Assembly: GCF_006345805.1 (NCBI RefSeq)
Contig: NC_042998.1
Location: forward strand, 155,310,001-155,374,000
From: Octopus sinensis
Lineage: Eukaryota
Reading direction: 5' to 3'
DNA: 64,000 bases
Below, piece by piece: positions 36,184-49,029 of this stretch (position 1 is its first letter; the number at the start of each line of letters is the position of its first letter). Both the position numbers and the translations under genes were made by a program. Below the pieces are notes generated by a model, which worked only from the letters and a program-made list of their open reading frames with translations, had not been told where the DNA came from and did no database searches.

Positions 36184-36229
36184 AACACAACGTTTTGGCT
36201 GATATACCCTTCGGCCTTCTTCAGGTGTC
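36184..36229 (-). ncRNA. Minimal hammerhead-like motif, decayed
   Basis: GACAC-CUGAAGA-a-GGC...GCC-AAAA-CG-UU-GUGUU; AACGUU palindrome at stem III; G12 changed to A. Confidence 0.45.
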
Positions 36230-36599
36230 TTGGGCAAATATCGAACTTGGGTTCTCATTCCTAAGGTATTTTTCAATGTTATTATTATTATTATTATTAT
36301 TGTTGTTGTTGTTGTTCAGGTCACTGCTTGGAATCAAACTTGGAATCTTGGGGTTAGTAGCTCACGCTCTTAACCATTATACCATATGTCTTATAAAATG
36401 TAGGGATATCCAACTGGTTTTTGCAATTTAAATTAGCTTTTCAAGGGACATTGTGAAGTAATCATTCCTTGAGAAAAAGGAATCATGCCATTTTGGATTT
36501 CTTGAAAAGTAAGAATGAACGAAGAGAGTGGATAAAGGGAGGCAATAGGTGGCAAGGGGGACAACTACCTCCTCAGCATTATTGAATAGTGGTAAATAA

Positions 36600-37530
36600 A
36601 TTTGATTTTGAAATAGGAATGTGTAGGAATCAGGTGGTCGAGTTTGTATATTAGGGTGTGGTCTGTACTTTTGTATGAACAGGTTTTCCTTGTTTAGGCG
36701 TTCTTGTTTGGAGATTGAATCTTTGCATTGGTATAATGGAAAAATATGGTAATTCAGTGTTTTATTTCTTGCACATCTGTCAATATGTTTGTTCAGAGCT
36801 ATCTGCTTGCATTGAGGAAAATGAATCTGTTCTTTATGCAGCGTAACACTGCGTCTCAAAGTAAGGTTCATGTGGCCCACATAATTGTGGCCACAACCAG
36901 AGCAGGTTTGGACATAAATTAGGTTCTAGGAGGCACATGTGAAGTTGGACTTAATTGAAAATTTTTCTCCTTCCTGGAATGTGAATTCCAAGCCTTCAGT
37001 TAGGTATGGGCATGTACATCAATTAGGTAGTCCACATTTTTTAACTGTTGGTATCGTATGTGTTGAGTACAGTTTTACATTTGTTGGGAGTCCCTTAAGT
37101 GATTTGTGTTGTCTTTTGCATTTGAGGAGTTTATGTGAATTCAGATTGTTGTTCATTTTCAGGTCTTGAGTGAGCAGAGGGAGATTTTGTACAATTGTGT
37201 TGTATGCTTCATTGTTTCTGGGGTTGTGGGTTGATATGTGATTTAAAGTGAGGTGTGGTGTTTTGTTTTGTTGTCCTTAGTGTGTTTGTGTTCAACTTTT
37301 TGGCACGTTTAATTCCATGGTCCATAAGTGTGGGTGGGTATTGACATTCAATGAGTGTTATTTTGAGGTCTTGTGGGTGAAGTTCCCAAGTAGTTGTATC
37401 AGATACAATTGTACAGATCCTTTCTGCTAGATTGAATAGGATATTTATATTGGTTTGATGGCATGAGCTGAAAAGGAGATACTGTTTTGAGTCTGTTGGT
37501 TTGCAATAGATGTTGGCTGCAATTTGGTTG
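36600..37530 (-). mobile_element. PLE RT C-terminus plus endonuclease end (second PLE family)
   Basis: IYCKPTDSKQYLLFSSCH...NLAERICTIVSD...QYPPTL; HIDRCA...IFPLYQ...RLNKENLFIQKYRP. Confidence 0.85.
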
Positions 37531-37579
37531 TTACACACACATACATATATATATGTGTGTGTGTGTATGTGTGTGTGTA

Positions 37580-37613
<34 letters not shown>

Positions 37614-37755
37614 CATACTCCTGTCACAACCTAGGACCTTGAGGACTTCTATAATGCAAGAAAGTATACTAGTCCCTTAATATTTTATATTCAATATTTC
37701 ATCTATTCAATAAGACAATTAATACTTCATTTCATTTTACAATATATATATATTA

Positions 37756-39229
37756 CTAGCTGAAGGTAACCTGCTCTACGCACGGGTAAGAGGGTGGTAT
37801 ATATATAAATGTATACAAATTATATATATATATATAAATACAGATACATACACTTTGTATATATACATTATATATACATCTATATATATAAAACTCATCT
37901 TGTGTGTCTGTGTGTGTATCTGTGTGTGTGTCTGTGTGTTTAACTTCCCGGCACATCTCCTCCTAGCCAACAAATCGTAGAACCATCAAAAATGGGTCAC
38001 TTAAAGTTGTATCAGAATGAAAATTGAACTGCGCTATTTCTGCTCCGAAATTCATCTCGCAAGTGCAAAAATCGATAATGTATTTGTTTAGGCCTCATCC
38101 CATGCATTGAATAGTGAACTTTACTCAGTCAGCTGTTTGACGTGAACTGTGTTCACCACGCGTGCAAGTATGAAAAATAAAAAATCAAGATATAAAAGCG
38201 AATCGCCATAAACATTGTAGAAATTCGGTAAAGAAATGAATTTTCGGGATGTAGCCTGGAGGCTTTTTTCATATTAATCATTTGGACTTTGTGAACACAT
38301 ACCAATTGTTTTCATAACATTTTTAACGCTTTGAATTAAATGTGACCATTTTGCGTTGAGTCTGCAGTTTGAATCACTTTAACCAAATTTTAGCAGGCCG
38401 GATTTTTGATCATCACGATACATCGCCAGCGACTCCCTGAAACTCTCCCCTGAAATCCTCATTGAGAAATACTGATATAAAAGAATAATTCAACAATGCA
38501 ATTATTTGTTCAACAAAAATTTATGAAACACTTCTACGTACTTCCTATTGAGGAAATGGAACACATAAGCGCAAAAATAGAGGGCATTAAATGTTTGATT
38601 TTAAAACCAAAATTGAATTTTGATTGAACTTCATCCAAGTTTAGCTTAATTCGCGTGTGCATAGAATGCACGAGCCGAGCAATACTGCTAGTATTTATAT
38701 ATAGAACACACACACACATATAAATTAACCCAATAAATATCTGATTCATAATATTTGTTCTCATGATTGTGTGGTGGTGGTGGTGGTGGTGGTGGCGATG
38801 ATAATTCTCCCTATGAATGCAGACAGACGTAGAGAGAATGTGATAGCACTGGCGAAGGCGGAGGAGGAAAGATAGTAGACGCTATTGAACGACGTTATAG
38901 AGAGAAAGTGAAAGGAAGGGAGGTAGACGCTGTGAAACGACGTTATAGAGAGAAAGTAAAGGGAAGGGAGGAAAGAGAGTGAGAGATGGAGAAAGACAGA
39001 TACATAAAAGAATGAGAGTAGACTTGTCAAAGTGCGTTTTTGGCCCTAGCAACCACACCTTTTAAGATGGGGATTTCTAACCTAGCCCACTCACATCCTC
39101 ACCTCATTTTACATGTCCCTGTAAATTTTGGAGTCAATCCAACGGGATCTAGTAGCCTTTAACCCGTTCTCAATGCCAAAACCAGACAAACAAACAAACT
39201 TTTTGCATTTCAGAATTATAATATAGAGA
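37756..39229 (-). mobile_element. Possible minus-strand non-autonomous Helitron hosting the element at 37879
   Basis: 5' end A|TCTCTATATTATAA plus (TTTG)n at 39229; 3' end hairpin...CAGCTAG|T at 37756; linkage inferred. Confidence 0.45.
37879..38691 (+). mobile_element. Non-autonomous Helitron-like element
   Basis: A|TCTATATATATAAAAC plus a TG microsatellite; GTGCAT/ATGCAC hairpin...AATACTGCTAG|T. Confidence 0.7.
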
Positions 39230-39354
39230 TTTATACTATATATTCTATATTCTACATTAATATTTTAAAGAATATAAATAAAACATAAAAAAACAGACAG
39301 AGTTGGAATTTCTTTGAATAATTATATATCCCTCTATACACAATCATACAAACC

Positions 39355-39581
<227 letters not shown>

Positions 39582-39957
39582 GGCATAGGAGTGGCTGTGT
39601 GGTAAGTAGCTTGCTTACAAACCACATAGTTCTGTGTTCAGTCCCACTGCATGGCACCTTGGACAAGTGTCTCCTACTATAGCCTTGAGCCGACCAAAGC
39701 CTTGTGAGTGGATTTGGGAGACGGAAACTGAAAGAAGCCCATCGTATATATGTATATATATGCATGTATGTATGTGTGTATGTGTATATGTTTGTCCCCC
39801 CAACATCGCTCAACAACCGATACTGGTGTGTTTACGTCCCCGTAACTTAGCGGTTTGGCAAAAGAAATCGATAGTCATGGGGTTGATTTTCTCGACTAAA
39901 GGCGGTGCTCCAGCATGGCCACAGCCAAATGACTGAAACAAGTAAAAGAGTAAAAAG
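39582..39957 (+). mobile_element. Full-length tRNA-derived SINE
   Basis: A box TGGCTGTGTGGT, B-box-like GTTCAGTCCC, core GGCACCTTGGACAAGTGTC, tail GAGTAAAAAG. Confidence 0.9.
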
Positions 39958-39961
39958 TATA

Positions 39962-39995
<34 letters not shown>

Positions 39996-40031
39996 GGCGC
40001 AGAGTAAAAAGTATATATATATATATATGTA

Positions 40032-40275
40032 GGCGCAGGAGTGGCTGTGTGGTAAGTAGCTTGTTTACCAACCAAATGGTTCTGGGTTCAGTCCCACTGC
40101 GTGGCACCTTGGGCAAGTGTCTTCTACTATAGCCTCGGGCCAACCAAAGCCTTGTGAGTGGACTTGGTAGACGGAAACTGAAAGAAGCCCGTCGTATATA
40201 TGTATATATATGTATATGTGCGTGTGTGCTTGTGTGTCTGTGTTTGTCCCATCCAACATCACTTGACAACCGATG
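40032..40275 (+). mobile_element. 3'-truncated copy of the same SINE
   Basis: Head, core and microsatellite match 39582. Confidence 0.88.
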
Positions 40276-41849
40276 CATAATAAGTCTTCTCTTCCTTTCA
40301 TTTTGGGTGGCCCTTATATAAATGTATTTATTGTGTTGTGACTGTGCATTGGTAGATTACACTTGTTCTATTACATGCATTTTTAAGGGCACAGTGAATG
40401 CAATGGATATTTAAATTTGTAATGAAATGGATGTAGTGGATATTTAAATTTGCAAGAAATTGGAGTTTAAAAAATTCAGTAAACCTAAGTTTTCATTCGC
40501 TATTAATGTATACTTAATGTAAAAACATTGTTTATTGAATGAAAATTTTTAAAATACCCATATAATTTTTGAACATGGGATAGCTGTGAGAAGAGCCAAG
40601 AAAGTTGGATAATTACTATAAGAAGGCAAGAAGAAAAAGAAGAAAAACTTTCTGACAAGTACTCAAAATTTTCACCATATTCACAGTTTCCAAACACAAC
40701 TTCAACAATGACACACCAATACACACTCACACATAGATACACATACACACAAATGAAAGGCAATAAATGTGCATATGTATGTGTGCATGATGTTCCCTGA
40801 CAAAACTCTGTGCTGCATCACTTTTGTGAAGTTTTGTCAGTGAACATGTCGCAGTTTCAAAGTGATGAAAATATTTTGACATAAATGAAGTTTTAATGTT
40901 GAAGTGAAACTAATGGTGTTTGTGTGCTCTTGAATGGTTTACAAACATCTTCCATGCTGCAATTGTTTTTGTTTTAGCACACGATCTCAGATCAAGTCAC
41001 TTGCTATGCAAGTACATCTCCATAATTTTTTTTAAATCACTGTGAATAAATGCCAGCAATGACCTTCTCAGGCTCTCCAATATTTTTATTTTTTAACAGA
41101 AACAACTGGGAGCAGGAAGTGGAGTTGCAAAAAATTCATAATTTCTCAAATTTTCTTTTTTATAGCATATAAATGTATTTATGGGGATAAAATATTGAAA
41201 AACATTTATATATGCAAGAGTGATAAAGAAACAGGGGGGGGTCTTTGGATATGCTAGAAACCACAGCCAAATTGCCCTTAAATCACTTTTCTCTCAGAAA
41301 ATAATATCAATTAAAAAAATTGTTTTACCAAAAATGTTCTTCCCATGGTTTTGAAGTGCAAAATAAAATTGGCCAAAATAGGTCTGGAGTGGGATGATGA
41401 GGGAGGGGGTATAAAAAAATTTTCAAAACTTTTTCATAGAAAGATGCCCCCCATGAACCCCATCATTTCAAAGGCTGTGGCTTAAAAAAAATGGGGAAAA
41501 TCCCCATGAAAATTTTCCCCACAAATTTCTTTATAATTATAATCTATGCAAGGATTTGTATAAATTTTCATAAAAAGATATCCATCTTCCTGAAAGTTAT
41601 GAAGGAAAAGCATCAGATCATGTGAATTTTCTGAAAGTCCTCTTTCCACCCTCTCACAAAAATTATTTCCCATAAACCCCTATATACTCTGAAGTCACAA
41701 CATCTAAGCAATATTTATTGAAAATTTTGTTAAAAAGTATTCATTTTTCTGGATGCTACGAGGCAACTAAATCAGTGACTTACTATCTGTAGTAATGCCC
41801 TTTTATTTATACAATTTTTTATTTCATGTTTATTTCATTCATTGTTTGC

Positions 41850-42170
41850 AATGTTCTCTCTTTCTCACACATAAACTGCAAAGCTTACAGACAGGCTGCT
41901 GAACAGATATCTCTATGTTGCTTTGAGGGGAAGGTAAAGCTTGAAAAACTGCTTCTCCCTCTGTTGTTGGACTACCGTGATGTTTGTTTAAAAAAGAGAG
42001 ATTTTGACTGTGATAAAATAATGAAACCAATATTTACTAAGCAAGTGAGCACTATTATAGAAAGAAATAATTAGACATAAGATATAAAAGTTATTAGAAA
42101 TGGGAATCAAATGTAAAAATATTATCAAGGGGCTAGCAGAAAACTGCCCGGAGGGCAGTCTTTCTGCTAG
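41850..42170 (+). mobile_element. Helitron remnant: RepHel N-terminal zinc-finger fragment plus terminal hairpin and CTAG
   Basis: CKAYRQAAEQISLCCFEGKVKLEKL resembles the Helitron C..C.A...E...CC..GKV.LP motif; 17-bp hairpin 42133-42170 ending CTAG|T. Confidence 0.55.
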
Positions 42171-42556
42171 TATGTAATATATATTATATAACTTGGTATA
42201 AGAAGAGACAAAAATTTAGATAATCATTTTATATTTATGATTTACTTCAACATAATAAATACATATATAGATATAGCATAAAATTGCAGCAAGACAAAGA
42301 ACATATTTATATATTATTTAGAAAGAAATAAGAGTTATATGAGGTAAAAATGTATATGAAAAGGGTAAATAAATAAAGGTTGATATATTGATTAAAAATC
42401 ATATTAAATTTAAATTTAAGGCTAAAAGACATTGAAATAAGAATTAAAAGTTATGAAATACATCGGCAGTAGTGGGAAATCCTAATTATGGATTTAAAAG
42501 TTTAGAAGAGTTCCAAAGAAATGTTTTATAGAGGGTTATAAAGTCAATATGAAGCA

Positions 42557-42637
42557 ATTTGACAGCCATTTCTGGAGTCCATTAGTAAGCAGTTATGAAT
42601 CCTTTAGATTCACATTGACGTCCCCTTCATCAGGAAT
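42557..42637 (-). ncRNA. Decayed hammerhead, related to 16053-16136
   Basis: CUGAUGA-a-GGGGAC...GACUCC a-GAAA-U GGCU G-UC; internal hairpin UGAAUC/GAUUCA. Confidence 0.5.
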
Positions 42638-43212
42638 AAGAGAAGAGAAAAGAAAGGAAGGAAATTATTGATTACATTGTTAGTCGTCAGCTACTCCATC
42701 AGATACTAATATCTTGTATATACAAGACTAGAGAAGAAGGAAAAAGGTTGGTCATTCCTCTAAAATCCTTATAAAAATTATGATTTCTGATGAACTTTTG
42801 ACAAAGTGATACATGCTTTCTCCTGTCAAATACTGTCTACAAATTCTTTCTGTATATATGCTTATAAACAACTATGATTTCTGATGAACTTATAAACAAT
42901 TATCAACTTATTTTACTACATATTTTGAACACTTTTATGAAAACTGCTTAAACACAAAGCCTCTCTTAACATGTTCTTATCACTGTCAAAGACTCTATCA
43001 CTGTATTTTAATAAATCTATGTTAATTATTTTTAACATCACAAGATTACATAAAGCTCTTTACATTGGAAAATATTTTTTTTTAAAAAACGAAACTGGTC
43101 AAGTCAATAAACATTTTTAAAAAAACCTCTGCATTTTCAAATTTTCATCCCTATATATTTTCACCTGTGCGGTACCTTCCAATTTTACTTTGTTATATAT
43201 ACATATATACAC

Positions 43213-43264
<52 letters not shown>

Positions 43265-43879
43265 GGTTGGGCAAAAGTCACCTGACAGTAAATCAAAACC
43301 ATTTAATTTGAAAATTTATTTATGTTTAATAACTGAATGAATTTCAGAAAAGCACGTAAATATGAAACATCATACAAATTGTTCAAACTGAAGTCCTTCT
43401 TGAGTGACACATTTTTCCATTTGAGTAAATATGGTATTACAGATAGTATTTATGGAAGTTTGATTTACTGTCAGGTGACTTTTGGCCAACCATGTATATA
43501 TATCTTTATATATATGAATCAAGAAATAGAGTTAAACGCAAGTGTTATTCAACTCCATTTCTTAATTTATCTAGTTTATACAAAAATATTTTACTAAACC
43601 CTTTATAAGTAGGCTGTAACATCCTTGTCACTTATGTGAATTTTAGCTATTCATTTTGTCTGTGTTATTTGTACACTTTGAAAAAATACACATACTTATA
43701 TATACACACAAATCCCTAACTCTTTATAAACCAGCAGACGATCGTATTCCCCCCCTCATACTTGCTGCATCTTCCTGACAAAACACGGATTTTCAGAAAA
43801 ATGGCCAGCTAAGACTTTAACTTTCAACCTGTTTCATTCATATTTTTAAGCGTTTGATCGGTAACCCTAATCCGCTCCC

Positions 43880-46800
43880 CCTTCGTTTCTCTATTTATTT
43901 CTAAACATGGCTTCTTCATGCATTTTAAATTCCTCCTCTACTTTCAGGGCTATCTTCGTTGTTATTCCATTCCTTTTCAAAATATTCTTCTCCCTCCTAT
44001 CGTATCATAACTCGTTGCTTCGAGGTTCGCCCGCCCTCCCACCCCCTCCACCAATACCGGAAGTTTCTACCCATGTCTTACTTGACTATCCCCCCACCCC
44101 GAGTATACCCCCACTCGCACCTCTATGTAGGGTTTATTTGATCATATAGCGCAAAAACTGTGAAATGTATGCAGGTTGTAGTCTAGTGTTTCCATATGAA
44201 ATCTGCCAAATGCAAGCTTTCTTTTCAGGTACATGACACGGCTGTCCCTCATCCCAGGGTCTCAGAGGCCCACACTTCCCACACCCTCAGAGTTAGCACA
44301 CTCAATGTTGGCACATTGAAAGGTAGGTCTGGAGAGATTGTAGACCTGCTTGAATGGAGACGTGTGGATTTATGCTGCATCCAGGAAGTAAGGTGGAGAG
44401 GAGGTTCCGCTAGGCTCCTCACAGGCAAGGAACACAAGTTCAAGATTTTCTGGGCAGGGAACACTGACGGGGTCGGGGGCGTGGGTATACTTCTTGCAGA
44501 GAAATGGGTAGATAAGGTAATCGAGGTAGTCAGAGTAAGTGACAGAGTACTTAAAATTAGATTAGTCCTTCACCATAGGTCAGCTACCATCATCTCGGCA
44601 TATGCCCCTCAACCAGGGCTAACGGACGGACAAAAAGACCAATTCTATGACACCCTATTGCGGACTACCTCGTTGACAAATGACAGTGACCTTCTCTTCG
44701 TGGCAGGTGATTTCAATGGACATGTTGGACGGCATGTCGGGGGCTTCCATGGCATTCATGGAGGCTACGGTTTTGGCTCTCGTAATGAGACACACTAGCC
44801 AGATTGACTACATCCCTGCCAGAAAAAGGGAAAGAGGGCTGTTTATAAATGCCAAAACCTTTCCAGGCGAAGAATGTATTCCTCAACATAGATTAGTAGT
44901 TAGCGACTTCAGGATCAGAGCTAAATGGTTGCCCAGAAGAAGACCAGCTTGGAGGAGAAGGGTCTGGAAGCTTAAAGATCCTGCAAATGGACAGAGATTT
45001 AGAGACATACTACTCGAAGCCTTTGACGAAATAGAAGGGGATATAGCTTCACTTAATGTGGAAGACAACTGGAGATTTCTACGGGACAATCTGCTGACAG
45101 CCACTGACCAGATCTGTGGATGGAGCAAAGTACCATCTCGACCTAGAGTAACGTGGTGGTGGAGCACTGTTGTTGACAGGGCTATTAGACAAAAGAGACA
45201 GGCTTGGAAATGACTGGAAGAACGGTGGTAGCAGGGAATTGTATCAGACAGCTAGAAGGGAAGCTAGGAGACAGGTTTATTTAGCCAGAGGGGAAGCGGA
45301 TAAGAAAAAATTTGCCAATGTTCTGAGCCGTGAGGATGAAAGACTTGAGGTATTTCGTGTTGCAAGACAGTGTGTGAGAGAGAATCGTGATGTGGTAGGA
45401 GAGAAATGTGTCCGCATGGATGATGGTTCACTTGCACTAAATGAGGATGCAAAGAGAGAGGTTTGGAGATGCCACTATGAAAGGTTGCTGAATAAAGAAA
45501 ATGAATGGGATAAAGAGAGTCTGCTGAATGTCAACCCAACAGAGGGACCAGCCATCCGAGTTGAAAATTCTTTGGTAGTTAAAGCAATTAGAAGCATGAA
45601 GACAGGGAAAGCCCCAGGCCCATCAGGAATTACTGCAGAGATGCTCAAAATATCTGGCAGTGTCGGCTATAACCTAGTCACCCGTATAGTCAACCAGGTG
45701 ATACACAAAGAAGTCATACCCAATGACTGGTGTAGCAGCATACTAGTCAACTACTACAAAGGTAAAGGTGACGCCCTAGATACAAATAATTACAGAGGTA
45801 TCAAGCTGTTGGATCAGGTAATGAAGGTTACGGAGAGGGTCATAGCCCAACTAATTAGAGAGAGAGTTAGTTTAGATGAGATGCAGTTTGGGTTCGTGCC
45901 AGGGAAAAGTACCACTGATGCTATATTCCTGGTAAGGCAGCTGCAGGAGAAATACCTAGCCAAAGATAAGCCCCTGTACCTGGCTTTCGTTAACATGGAG
46001 AAAGCCTTTGACAGGGTCCCCCGATCCCTTATCTGGTGGTCAATGAAGAAACTAGGGATAGATGAATGGCTGGTGAGGGCTGTGCAAGCCATGTACAGAG
46101 CTCTATGCTGACGACCTTGCTCTAATTGCTGAGTCACTATCAGAACTGGAGGAGAAGTTCCAGGTGTGGAAGGAGGGTTTAGAATCGAGGGGCCTTAGAG
46201 TCAACCTAGCTAAAACCAAAGTACTAATAAGTAGGAAGGTAGACAATCCACAAATGTTTTCAGGTAGATGGCCCTGCTTGATCTGTAGAAAAGGTGTAGG
46301 TAGAAACTCTATAAGATGTACTCAATGTAAGCTATGGACACATAAGAGGTGCAGCAATGTCAAAGGTAGGCTAACTGGGAAGATAGTTTTTGTATGTGGC
46401 AGATGCTCAGGAGCATTAACCTCCAAAAATCTGCAGAAAACAACTTCCGTCACTTTCCAGGGGGAAAAACTATAAGTAGTTGATAGCTTCCGTTATCTAG
46501 GTGACCAAGTCAGTAGTGGGGGTGGGTGCATTGAAAGTGTAACTGCTAGAATAAGAATAGCCTGGGCAAAGTTTAGGGAGCTCTTACCTCTGCTGGTGAC
46601 TAAAGGCCTCTCACTCAGAGTAAAAGGCAGACTGTATGATGCATATGTACGAACAGCTATGCTACATGGCAGTGAAACATGGGCCGTGACTGCTGAGGAC
46701 ATGCGTAAGCTTGCGAGGAATGAAGCCAGTATGCTCCGATGGATGTGTAATATCAGTGTACATACTTGACAGAGCGTTAGTACCTTGAGAGAAATGTTGT

Positions 46801-47577
46801 ACCTAAGAAGCATCAGTTGTGGTGTGCAAGAGAGACGATTGCACTGGTATGGTCATGTGGCGAGAATGGATGAAGATAGGTGTGTGAAAAAGTGCCAATC
46901 CCTAGCAGTTGAGGGAACCCGTGGAAGAGGTAGACCCAGGAAAACCTGGGATGAGGTGGTGAAGCACGACCTTCGAACTTTAGGCCTCACTGAGGAAATG
47001 ACCAGCGACCGAGACCTTTGGAAATATGCTGTACGTGAGAAGACCAGGCAGGACAAGTGAGCCCAGCCCACTTATGCATGCCTTTCCTCCCTTGGACACA
47101 AAGACCTGTTGAGGCAAGCGAAGTCGATATCGAACCTCATCCGACGACAGGCACCCATGCCAACCCCCTTTGCTTGCGAAGACATGTTGGGGCAAGTGAA
47201 ATCGAAATTGAACCAATCCTATGACTGGCACCCGGCAGATGCCAGGACCCCTGGACTGGTGGTACATAAAAAGCACTATCCGAATCGTGGCTGATGCCAG
47301 CACCGCCTCGACTGGCTTCCGTGCCGGTGGCACGTAAAATGCACCAATCCGACCGTGGCCGTTGCCAGCCTCGCCTGGCACCTGTGCGGGTGGCACGTAA
47401 AAAGCACCCACTACACTCACGGAGTGGTTGGCGTTAGGAAGGGCATCCAGCTGTAGAAACATTGCCAGATAAGACTGGAGCCTGGTGCAGCCTTCTGGCT
47501 TCCCAGATCCCCGGTCGAACCGTCCAACCCATGCTAGCATGGAGAACGGACGTTAAATGATGATGATGATGATGATG

Positions 47578-47580
<3 letters not shown>
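43880..47580 (+). mobile_element. RTE LINE copy 4, near full-length, with two internal deletions
   Basis: APE 44196-45213, RT 45170-46111, PHD 46275-46406, C-terminus 46785-47060, 3' UTR and (GAT)n tail. Confidence 0.96.
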
Positions 47581-47608
<28 letters not shown>

Positions 47609-47610
47609 TA

Positions 47611-48243
47611 TGCATATATGGGTACAGGACGGCACCAACAGTAAACAACATGAAATGCATAAACAAACGAGTTCAATATGCAAACAACTAGAGAAAAAAT
47701 GGAAAACAGAACAAGTAACACAAACAACAACCCTTTATCAGTTGTTAGCTGTCTATCTACTCCTCATTTCAAGCATTGAATGACAATAGACAGCTGCTGC
47801 CATAAATACCAAAATAAAATTTTGGATTTATGGAGGGTCAAAGTTGGGAACAAAAACAGGACAGTGGAGACATATAAGGAAACCAAGCGAAAAGAAACAT
47901 GGAGGGTTGTTAGAGCAGAATGAGGGTAAAATTGCAAATGCAGGAGAAATATTTTCTTTGCAAAGAGATAGAGGGGAGAGATAGAAGACATCCAGTCCTT
48001 AGGATATGTCCTGGAGGAAAAGAAAGATGGATGATGGTCACATGTGAGCAATGAGAGAAAAAGAGGAAGAGGGGGAGACAGATAGATAACAGTGAAGAGG
48101 AGAAAAGGGGAATTAGAGAAGGATGGGGGAGAAAACAGTATAGAGTAGAGTCGCATCAAAATGCTTAAGATAAACTTACTTGGAAATGGATGCATGGCGT
48201 TCAATTAAATAGTAATATAAATAATATATATACATGTATGTAT

Positions 48244-48287
<44 letters not shown>

Positions 48288-48585
48288 CACACATGTATGT
48301 ATGTATATATATATATACATGTGCATATATGGGTACAGGATGTCACCAACAGGAAACATGAAATATGAAAACGAGTTAATTACGCAAACAAGAGAAAAAA
48401 TGGAAAACAGAACAAGTAACACAAACAACGACCCTTCATCAGTTGTCGGCTGTCTATCTACCCCTTATTTTGAGGATTGAACATGTTACTTAAGTTTTCC
48501 ATTTTTTCTCTTGTTGTTTGCATATTTAACTCATTTGTTTTCATACTTCATGTTGTTTACTGTTGGTGATGTCCTGTACCCATAT

Positions 48586-48587
<2 letters not shown>
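47611..48587. repeat. ~150-bp unit as a direct repeat (47611, 48322) plus an inverted copy (48495-48587)
   Basis: TGCATATATGGGTACAGGA..CACCAACAG.AAAC...GAAAAAATGGAAAACAGAACAAGTAACACAAACAAC in the direct copies, and its reverse complement. Confidence 0.85.
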
Positions 48588-48622
<35 letters not shown>

Positions 48623-48859
48623 TATTTATATACATATATAAAATGTAATGTTTGTTGGCACTTCAGCGTGGCTGTCCATACAGAACTATGTTACTACATT
48701 TTAGCCCCAGGAAAACATCTTTTCCAGCAGGTGAACAACACACAACTTGTGTTTAATATAGTGTGAGTTAGGGAGTGAACCTCTCCACTCCAGCATGGCA
48801 AGACCAGTAGATCATACTGGTTTTGGTGTCCTTATCCATCCTCAGCAATGGACACATTG

Positions 48860-49010
48860 CTACTTTCTGAGTTCAAATTCCACCAAGGTCAACTGTCTTT
48901 CATCCTTTTCAGATCGATAAATTAAGTACCAGTTGTGTACTGGGGCCGACTAATCGACTGCCCCCACCCCATTTCAGGCTTTGTGCCTATAGTACAAAGG
49001 ATTACTAGAG
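48860..49010 (+). mobile_element. Fragment of another SINE family
   Basis: B-box-like GAGTTCAAATTCC, then GATAAATTAAGTACCAGTTG.GTACTGGGG.CGA domain. Confidence 0.55.
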
Positions 49011-49029
49011 AGAGCATTCAAAAGATGGT

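Noticed and set aside
37635-37680. GGAC...GTCC bracketing a CTTGAGGA core
   Set aside because: Both conserved boxes are broken, so it cannot be told from chance
42780-42900. Two ATGATTTCTGATGAACTT repeats with a TTTGACA/TGTCAAA hairpin
   Set aside because: GAAA and stem I are missing; at most a deleted relic
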